A stretch of DNA of 63,659 bases, the filler included, from Trichomonas gallinae (taxonomy: Eukaryota), in NCBI GenBank assembly GCA_008369845.1. It is 6 parts of 6 records of this genome, joined end to end, with 100 filler letters (N's around TTAATTAATTAA, not from the genome) between each part and the next. Parts side by side here need not be neighbours in the genome. Positions count along the whole stretch, not along the records: positions 53,522 to 62,000 come from MRSU01001419.1; positions 62,101 to 63,659 come from MRSU01001462.1; 4 more parts are not named here. One strand, given 5' to 3'. Shown in pieces: positions 55,391-63,659 of this stretch. The notes under the pieces are model-generated. The model was not told the origin of the DNA and did not search any database. It worked only from the letters and a program-made list of their open reading frames with translations. Positions within the stretch are counted from its first letter, which is position 1. Each line of letters opens with the position of its first letter. Both the position numbers and the translations under genes were made by a program.

Positions 55391-56302
55391 GAATTTGAAA
55401 AGTGACATTTTCATTTCAATAAAATCTTGTTTTTCTGCATATAATGATTCTTTATATAAATATTTTCACTTTTTCTCATATAACACTAGCAAAATATTAA
55501 TTATTTATAGCAAATAGTAAAGATTATCATGAAATAAGCCTTCTCAAATGATATACTTTGCACCATTGTGTTTGATATGAATTCTGTTGCACTATATGAC
55601 TCATGAATTATGAATTTGCGTCAAAAAATCCTGAATTCATTGTTTTTTAGTAGAAGCGAAACGAGGAGTTTGGTTGTCTATAGCTATGTCCTTGATTTAA
55701 TAATGTTATCAATGTTTTCTACTGTGGAAGAAGATACGAAATAGAATTGAGTAACTTCTTAGGCATTGTTTTAGCGTTAATTGTAATTTGTTGTCTATAG
55801 AAGATGTTTTCGTGTTATCAGTTTTAGCGAAAATTAAAACCTAGACTGAATTGAATGAATATATATTATTTTTATGCAAAAATGTGTAAAATGGCTACTA
55901 TATAATTACCTCATATCAAATTGACAATAAAACAAAATACATATTAATTAAATTTTAAACGGCAAATTCATCATTCAAAAAAATTAGAATTATAATACAA
56001 AATAGGAATATTGTCATTTCATCTTTCTTTTCAAAAAATTAAATAATTTACACATACGATTATTTCCCCCTCAAAATTCAACGCATTTTAAAATGATATT
56101 AATCATAAGCATTAGATTTGTATATTTATGATATTTTTGTAAATGCTCCCGCGCCCGTATACAATTTGAAAATTACAAATTTGTTAAGAAAAATCTGACG
56201 ATTTACATCGGATGAATAAACATTATAAATATGTTTGTAGACTGTTATATTTGATATTACAGAATCTCTCAAAAATCTGATTTTTTTTTAATCACTTCAA
56301 AA

Positions 56303-57409
56303 ATGCATGATGAATCTTCAATAGAAGCACTAAAAAACGAGTTCAAAGGCGGCATTGTCGATATATCGTCATTTGAATTGAAAAAACAGATAGGAAAAGG
56401 CGGTTTTGGTGAAGTTTGGCGTGCAATTCATAAACCAACAGGTACAGAATGCGCTGTTAAAAGATTATTCATGAATGAATCTGATGCAGATGACGAATTT
56501 ATTGAAATGTATGTTAGAGAAGTTAAAATCCTCGGACAAATTAAATATTTATTCTGCCTTAGATTATTAGGTTTCTCTGTTAAAGATCCTTTTATCATTG
56601 TCACACCATTTATTCAAAGCGGTTCTTTATTTGATTACGTTTGCACTGCTTCTAAAAAGGCTAGGCTCCCACCAACAAATCTTACATTAATTGCTATGGG
56701 TGTAGCTTATGGACTCATGAAATTGCACGAATCAGGTATAATTCATCGCGATCTTAAATCTCCAAATATTCTTCTCGATCAAAGATTGTTACCATATATT
56801 TGTGACTTCGGCATTGCTCGACCAGAAGGTGGAAAGATGACAAAAGATATAGGTACAACATACTGGATGGCGCCCGAGCAAATGGATTCGCCTACTTACA
56901 CAAATAAAGTTGATGTCTATTCATACGGCTGTATTCTCTACGAAATGCTTGCCAATCAATGGCCTTATCAAGGATACACATCTTACAAAGCGGCTGCACT
57001 TATTATGGCTGGTCAACGTCCAGAATTACCAGATCACGATAAATTGATTTGCGCTCTCATCACAAAGTGCTGGAGTCATGATCCTAATGACCGTCCAACA
57101 ATGCGAAACATTTTCAAAGCATTTTGCAGATCTAAATTTATGTTCGACGGTACAGAAGCTAAAGGCATTAAAGCCATGGTTCAGATCATTAAGAAGCTTG
57201 ACGAGAAGATTGCGCCGAAAATCGAAAGCTGGCTGAGTGGTGGCCGCGAAAAACATTCAACTGGTGACAAACACAAGAAGGAATCAAAGGACTCTCCTGA
57301 TCAATCTCCACGTAATAGCCATGATAAGGCTGAGAAGGGTGAGAAAGCTGAGAAGACTGAGAAATCAGAAAAGAAGCATCATCACCACCATCATCATGAC
57401 AAAAAGTAA
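56303..57409 (+). CDS. TKL-family protein kinase with basic/His-rich tail
   Basis: GKGGFG, AVK, HRDLKSPN, ICDFG, GTTYWMAPE, CW..DP.DRP; Inr TCACTT at 56292. Confidence 0.95.
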   Translation: MHDESSIEALKNEFKGGIVDISSFELKKQIGKGGFGEVWRAIHKPTGTECAVKRLFMNESDADDEFIEMYVREVKILGQIKYLFCLRLLGFSVKDPFIIVTPFIQSGSLFDYVCTASKKARLPPTNLTLIAMGVAYGLMKLHESGIIHRDLKSPNILLDQRLLPYICDFGIARPEGGKMTKDIGTTYWMAPEQMDSPTYTNKVDVYSYGCILYEMLANQWPYQGYTSYKAAALIMAGQRPELPDHDKLICALITKCWSHDPNDRPTMRNIFKAFCRSKFMFDGTEAKGIKAMVQIIKKLDEKIAPKIESWLSGGREKHSTGDKHKKESKDSPDQSPRNSHDKAEKGEKAEKTEKSEKKHHHHHHHDKK

Positions 57410-57579
57410 GTAAAACTGTTTTTAAGGTATTTTCAAACTCAAACTTTATTTGCATCCAAGCATTCTTCCATTTCGAACCAATATTTACCGATTCTTGTTG
57501 AATTTATTTTCGAAATTTTATATAATAATAGACAATAGCCTCATTAAAACTATTTTTATAATAGATATGTAAAATTAAA

Positions 57580-57900
57580 TTGTTGTGTAATGTTATATAA
57601 ATAAAATTGTAAAAAAATCAAAAGATAAATAAGTCTGGAATCAGAGGGAAACTAAGCGGTAATTTAGTGCTGTTTATTGTTGTGTAATGTAGCATAATGA
57701 GAAAACAGTGAAAAAATTATAAATGAAACAAAATATCTTGAATTAGTGAAAAACCAAACGGTAGTTGTGGGAATGCAACTTTGTTAGCATCTGTGTTGTT
57801 GTGTAAAGTAACATAATTAAAAACAAAAATATATTCAAAAATGATAAATAATAGGAATTGGAATAAAATTAAGCGGTAATTAGTTATTATTTGTTGTAAT
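57580..57900. repeat. Degenerate ~95-120 bp tandem array
   Basis: TTGTTGTGTAA at 57580, 57677 and 57796 (variant at 57891); AA[GA]CGGTA at 57654, 57756 and 57871. Confidence 0.65.
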
Positions 57901-57967
57901 GAGTATAAAAATCATGTTTTTGCTGCAAAATGAAAGAATAACCGTTTTCCAAAATAAGAAAAAAAAA

Positions 57968-58411
57968 ATGACCGAATTTAATCAGCTTCTCGGCGAGTAT
58001 CTCGACAAGACAATCATTGCATTAAACGACATCGCGTGTTTCACAGAAAATTTCGTTAGCAGCTGCGTTGAAAAAGGATGTGTTCCACCACATCCAGCTG
58101 ATGTAGCTCGCCAAAATTACTTCAAAGAAGTTACAGGAAGTGAAATTCCAAAGTTTGACAAGACAGAAAAGACACAGGAAAAGAAGCCAGCTAAGAGAAC
58201 TACAAAGAAACAAGATGAAAAGAAGGAAGAAAAGAAGGAAACAGAGAAAAAGACAGAGAAGAAGCAGGAACCAAAGAAAGATAAGAAAGAACAGCCAAAG
58301 AAGGAAGAAAAGGCTGACGAATACGAAACTCCAATGTCTTCCCAAAATGCAGATGAAACGCCATCTCAGCGCCATCGCCACCGCCACCGCAAACAAAAGG
58401 ACAATCAATAA
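57968..58411 (+). CDS. Small Lys/Glu-rich hypothetical protein
   Basis: ATG 57968 after an A-run; helical N-terminus, KE-rich middle, RHRHRHRK tail. Confidence 0.75.
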   Translation: MTEFNQLLGEYLDKTIIALNDIACFTENFVSSCVEKGCVPPHPADVARQNYFKEVTGSEIPKFDKTEKTQEKKPAKRTTKKQDEKKEEKKETEKKTEKKQEPKKDKKEQPKKEEKADEYETPMSSQNADETPSQRHRHRHRKQKDNQ

Positions 58412-58666
58412 ATTATATACAAATAAAGTAATTGCTTGAGTTTTATATACGAATAAAATTATTAAAAGTTAAATTAAGCATTCATACTAACACCAAATTC
58501 ATCGACTTTACTATGGCTTTCATTTTTTATAAAATTAGTCCATCAAATTTGAAAAATTATTTAAAATCAAAATAATTTGTTGAATGAGATTGAAAAAATA
58601 GAATAATTATAGACTGAAAGGTTAAAGAAATTAATATGTTTATTTCTGAACATGTTATTAAGAACA

Positions 58667-60055
58667 TTAAAGTTCTTTATTTTCTTTGGATTCGTGGAAT
58701 TCCTTTGTGATCTTTTCTTCAAGTGCTTCAAAGTCGACACCTTCAATTTTAACGCCAGTTGTTCCGTGTTTCTGGATAAAGCTGTATAAATCAACCGCGC
58801 GATATCTTCCTTTGTAAACAGCTGGCTTTTCAGCCTTCTTTCCAGCCGGGAAGACCATGATAGTCGGATATGACTGGAAATCAGGTACATTTGGCGGAAG
58901 ATCGTTCTCTGCTGCGTCAATGAAAGTGATTCTTGCTTTCGTATCTTTCAGAAGGTCAGCGAGTTCGCGGAGGACCAACATAAGGCGTGGACAGAACTTG
59001 CAACCAGTGGAGACGAAGGCAACAAGTGTGTCGTAGCCTTCCTCGAAGACAACATCTGAGAATGTTGATCCAACGATGTGCTTAAGTGTGTTATTGGCAT
59101 CTTCTGGGACTGGCTCTGATATAATTGTGAATGGAAGCTTGCCGGATATGATCTGTTCAATGAATTTACCAAGATTATCAACATCCATAAAATTATCTGA
59201 TTTGCGGTAAAGAAGCCATCTTCCTGATGTGAGTGATGAGGTATTGAAAACAACGAAATATGGAGCATCAAGGCCCTCAAGTTTGCCCGCTTTGAGGAAT
59301 AATAATGCGTTCATTCCAACAATTGGTCCAAACTGAACTTTGTTGCCGTATTTAGCTGCTAATTGCTTCAATATGTCGACTTGCATCTCTGAAACTTTGT
59401 CAAGTTTAGTATTGATGACGAAACCAGCATAAAATGGCTTTTCTGTAATATCTACTTCGCGTGGATCAACTAAGACCGATGTAATAGGTTTACCTTCGAA
59501 TTTTTCGAGTCTTCTATCGATTGATTGGTAAATGTAATAACCTTTCTCTACTGAAATGTTGAGATGTTTGAAAACAGTTGATTTCACAGAATAAAACTGT
59601 AATTTTCCGATATTCTTTGGCGGATTCTCTTCATCAACACCAAAAACAACTGAACCATGATCTTCTAAGACTAATCTTAACTGTTCTTTCGATTTGATTC
59701 GCTTTATTGGGCCATCAAGTAGTTCGTCGAGCCATAGGAAGAAGCTCGCAGGACGAGCCTGTGGCGATGGAATGTCCATCTGCTTTCCGTTTTCGAAGGC
59801 AACAATGCAAGGATAGTAGACACAACCGTATTTTTTGCCGTCTTCGCGTCCGCTTCGTGCAAATGAGATGTTATTTTTGAATTTTTCAAGTCCGAAGTTT
59901 GCGAAACTGTTATCAGCAACAGCTTCATGAAAGATTGTAACGCCAAAGCGTTTTTCTTTCATTCTGCTGATCAGTTCATCACCTGTAAACTGCGGTATAT
60001 GAACAGCTTGGCCGATTTTCTCTTTGATACGATGTCCGATGAGTAATGGAATCAT
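58667..60055 (-). CDS. Protein disulfide isomerase-like thioredoxin-domain protein
   Basis: SEPVP..LKHIVGSTF..V, CKFC, IDAAEND, YPTI..FPAG; C-terminal NKEL (KDEL-like); start is 60055 or 60073. Confidence 0.88.
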   Translation of the reverse strand: MIPLLIGHRIKEKIGQAVHIPQFTGDELISRMKEKRFGVTIFHEAVADNSFANFGLEKFKNNISFARSGREDGKKYGCVYYPCIVAFENGKQMDIPSPQARPASFFLWLDELLDGPIKRIKSKEQLRLVLEDHGSVVFGVDEENPPKNIGKLQFYSVKSTVFKHLNISVEKGYYIYQSIDRRLEKFEGKPITSVLVDPREVDITEKPFYAGFVINTKLDKVSEMQVDILKQLAAKYGNKVQFGPIVGMNALLFLKAGKLEGLDAPYFVVFNTSSLTSGRWLLYRKSDNFMDVDNLGKFIEQIISGKLPFTIISEPVPEDANNTLKHIVGSTFSDVVFEEGYDTLVAFVSTGCKFCPRLMLVLRELADLLKDTKARITFIDAAENDLPPNVPDFQSYPTIMVFPAGKKAEKPAVYKGRYRAVDLYSFIQKHGTTGVKIEGVDFEALEEKITKEFHESKENKEL

Positions 60056-60811
60056 TTTTGACACTTTTGTCATCGTTGTCAGAAATCAAATTTCCAAAAT
60101 CGTTTCGCAAAGCGGATTTTTGCTTTCTTTGGCAAGTCGCACGCATTTTTACAACAAAATTTTGTAAAATAAACAAAAATTACATGTCAGAAAGCTCTCA
60201 AAATCCGAACCATTGAAGTTTTTATTGAAGAATGGCAATTTGACGCCGGCACTCTCAATATTAGTGTATGCAACATTTTTAAAGCTACATCATAATGAAA
60301 TTTATATTTTTACAAAGAAATATTTTAGTTCAAAAAATATATCTTAAGATAACCTATCTATTATACTCATTGTGATTCTATATATCTATTAAGCCAATCT
60401 ATGCAATATATCCGAATGATATTATATTGATAGATAAAAATTGATCTAATTTCGAAAATGAAACATATTTATATTATTTATATTGCCAAACTGTATTATT
60501 TATATCCTTATATACGTGCATGTGATTAGATAATCTCATATTTTATATATGATATCACTGCATGAAAAAACTAGGGGTTGGTAAATAATTTCGGGGGAGA
60601 ATCAGGAAAAACGAACAACGATATCATTGATTGAAATTCAAGAATGGAAACAAAGTATATAGAGTTATATCAATTGATTGTACAAATATTACTATTCAAC
60701 TCTCGAAAATGTTTCTAAATGGAATGCCAAGATTCAAACAGTTTAACTTATCTTTTAAGATCAAGCGCATGAATGTAATTGAAAAAATAGTTCATTTCAA
60801 ATCACTAGGTT

Positions 60812-61823
60812 GTGATTGCACAACAATCACTTGATATTAATCGTTTTGTCAGCTATAAGATCAATGAAGAGTTTGGAAATCCAAATGTTGCAATTGAAGG
60901 CTCAAGTATATTATTCCAATACCCTTGCAAAAGTCGAGATAATTGCTCCTTTTATGAAATCAAGCTTAAACCTGCAAAATACCGTTTCCAATGTTGGGGA
61001 GCTAGTGCAAATAACGGAATGGGCGCATATACTAGTGGCCTTATCGATCTTAAATCTTCAACAAAATTTTTTCTTTATTATTGGTGCGTCAAACGGGTAC
61101 TATAACTCTGTGCCTCTGAATACATCGTTTGAAAGTGGAGATGTTGGATCGGGATCAACAGATATTAGACTAGTTAAAGGAGAATTTCATGATTTTGAAA
61201 GTCTTAAAAGCAGAATTATGGTCGCAGCATCAGCTGGAAGCGGTGAACTATATAAAGTATCATATACACCTGCCCATGGCGGAGGTTTGTACTCAGAGAA
61301 TGTAACAAATACTGGAATTTTCAATTATATAGCACTTGGTGCAACTCAAACCTCTTCTCCTATCATAACTGGGCAACAAGTCAGAGGTACTTTTGGAATT
61401 GCAGGGTATGTAACTGATAAATCTGATTGGGGAGGAACTGGCGGTAATGGATACTACGCTGGTATATCAGCAACGAATACTGGCAGTGGAACCGGTGGTT
61501 CTTCTTTCATTTCTGGACATATTGGATGTGATGCAATTTCTAACGAATCAACTGGTTTCGATAACATTATACACACTGGACAACCTATCCATTACAGTAA
61601 CCTATCATTTGTATTCACAGAAATGATCGATGGATCACGTTCTATGCCAAAGCCAACAAAATATCCGCCTACAAGCTTAGATGACTATGAAATTGGTCAC
61701 AAAGGCCATGGGTTCATTCGCATTTCATTAATAGAACAGCACTATATTCAAACAATTTGTTATTGTTCATATAATTTTCAACAAAAATATTTAATTCTTT
61801 GTATTCTAATTGATACGTCTTAA
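60812..61823 (+). pseudogene. Glycine-rich (ALK/LTK Gly-rich-like) trichomonad family gene, frameshifted
   Basis: One frame gives YRFQCWGAS..GAYTSG..KFFLY and the next continues IGAS..STDIRL..SRIMVAA..GGSSFISGH.GC; one extra T near 61078; start codon is GTG. Confidence 0.75.
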
Positions 61824-62000
61824 AGATTCTAACGATTGTTTAAGTATATAAATGGTCGGGCCAGTGGCTGGCGCCGAAGAAGTTGTGGTGGCGATAGTAA
61901 AAAATGTAATATGGTCAGATAGATGATTTTTTTTTCGATTTTTTGATAACCTTATGAATTTTACAAGTAAAATACAGTATTCAGGTGAAAATAAATAGTA

Positions 62001-62100
62001 NNNNNNNNNNNNNNNNNNNNNNNNNNNNNNNNNNNNNNNNNNNNTTAATTAATTAANNNNNNNNNNNNNNNNNNNNNNNNNNNNNNNNNNNNNNNNNNNN
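62001..62100. other. Artificial contig-join spacer
   Basis: 44 N + TTAATTAATTAA + 44 N. Confidence 0.98.
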
Positions 62101-62139
<39 letters not shown>

Positions 62140-63659
62140 CAATACAATTTATTGAGAGAGTCTTTCAAAAAATAATTTTTAATTTCGTCTTTTTTTGAAT
62201 AACAATAAATTTCACAAAAATCATATAATATAATTAATGAAGCTAAATCCATCATAAAAATAAAATTAATGTCATTTTTAGCAAAAATCATTTATTGCAT
62301 ACGATTATTTTTAATTCAAATTTCAATGCAATTTAAATTGAAAATAAACATAAGCATGATAATTGAATATTTCGTACATTTTGACGTGCGAAATATTCTA
62401 AATTTCAGTATTTTTGAAAAATAACAGAACCTTAATTCGTTTTTTTCATTTTTTTAGACTTAGAGTTTGCGTAGAAAATAGTGGACACAGTATAGAGTTT
62501 TTCGGTACTGCAGGTCTTGCGTTTACAAATTTTTAAGGCGATAATAACTTTTTTGATCAAACTCAATTTTTTCCTTTAACAGATAATGATGTACTAGTTA
62601 AAGGAAAGATCTACTAAAATTTCCCTATTTAGCTTACACATGCAATTGATTCACCTCTGTACTTAATGCTGGGCTTGCCTGAAGAAATCACAAAGAAGCA
62701 ATTTTTGTCAGTTGGTTTTTTTTTCAAAAAGCTCAATGATTTTCATGGAGAGAGTCAAAGATCTTAATTTTCATAATGAAGGATGAAGACTTTTTGACCT
62801 AAACACGAATCATTTATATTGCTATGAAACACTGTCACTATACATTTATGGAATTATAAAATTATGATTTGGATATTTTTTGTACAGTTTCTGATGTTGC
62901 ATTTACGAAAATAAGCTATTACATTCGACAGATCAGGTCTTTGCCGATTCTTGTTGACTGAATGACGTCGGAAAACCTTTCCCTGAGAATCAGCATCTTT
63001 TGCTGAAAATTTTCTGATCGTTTTTTTTTTTCCCAAAAACACTCATTGTGAAAAAGGTGTTCCATCAATGACATTAGAATAAGACATTTGCTAATAATAG
63101 TTTTTCTGCATTTTTTGAGTCAATGCATAATTTTTTTTGTGTTTGAACAATCAGTGTATTTCACACACATTAAAATGGAAGAAAATAAAAAACAATTTAT
63201 CGTCAATTCATTCAAATAAATGCGGATCAACTTATCAAAAATCCGAAGATTCTGAAAAAACCGAGTCGAAAAAATAATTCGCTTGCAAATGGTTACGTTG
63301 CATTCTCTATGACACATAATTCTTATTGCCAAGATTTTATTGCTTTGTTATGCTTCTATATTTGCATAAATAATAAATTATTTAGATTGGCAGAAAACTT
63401 TGAAGCTTCTAGATGCTGCACAAGAGCTGTGTCAAAGTTTTTGGATTTCAGCTGTTCAATATCTATGTAATTCTATTAATTATGCCTCATATTCTACATC
63501 CATCTATTTTAAAGCAACAAGAATTTAATATAAATATGTCTGTGCAATATTCAAACATTAGAGCGATATATGATGACTTTGAAGCAGAACGAAAAATAAC
63601 ATTCGATCAAACACCAATAGAGAGCTACACTCCAAAACAAAACTTAGTCATCTCGAAGT

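Noticed and set aside
57580..57900. CRISPR-like array
   Set aside because: Repeats only ~11 nt, spacers long and related to each other, no cas genes, eukaryotic context
62101..63659. Short ORFs in the last contig and the long poly-A at its start
   Set aside because: No supportable product; the homopolymer is at a contig edge
1..63659. Spliceosomal introns, tRNA or rRNA genes, intact transposase
   Set aside because: None recognised by eye; a covariance-model scan would be needed to exclude small RNAs

Overview
Eukaryotic, AT-rich, apparently intron-less DNA most consistent with a Trichomonas-like parabasalid. This is inferred from the gene families and from Inr/M2/M3/M5-type core promoter motifs; the species cannot be fixed from the sequence. 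The window is six contigs joined by five identical artificial 100-nt spacers (44 N + TTAATTAATTAA + 44 N), so adjacency across gaps is unproven. It holds about 27 coding regions: CAMK and TKL kinases, RPL30, RPS10, a UbL-UBA protein, an ERGIC-53-like lectin, RasGEF, a galactokinase 3' end, PA200/Blm10, Myb, TTLL, a PP1-like phosphatase, Sec23/24-like and PDI-like proteins, surface proteins and pseudogenes. The most notable observations are: (1) a coiled-coil/MFS transporter ORF with an apparently complete core promoter inside it, just before the transporter's own ATG; (2) two bacterial-type hydrolases, a tannase-like esterase and a membrane-anchored GH29 fucosidase; (3) a kexin-like protein lacking its catalytic motifs; (4) a PA200 with a roughly 370-aa low-complexity insert and a non-canonical C-terminus; (5) three dispersed relics of one ankyrin repeat type; (6) degenerate 95-120 bp tandem arrays and small structured GC-rich islands in intergenic DNA. 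No multi-gene novel system can be demonstrated from the sequence alone.
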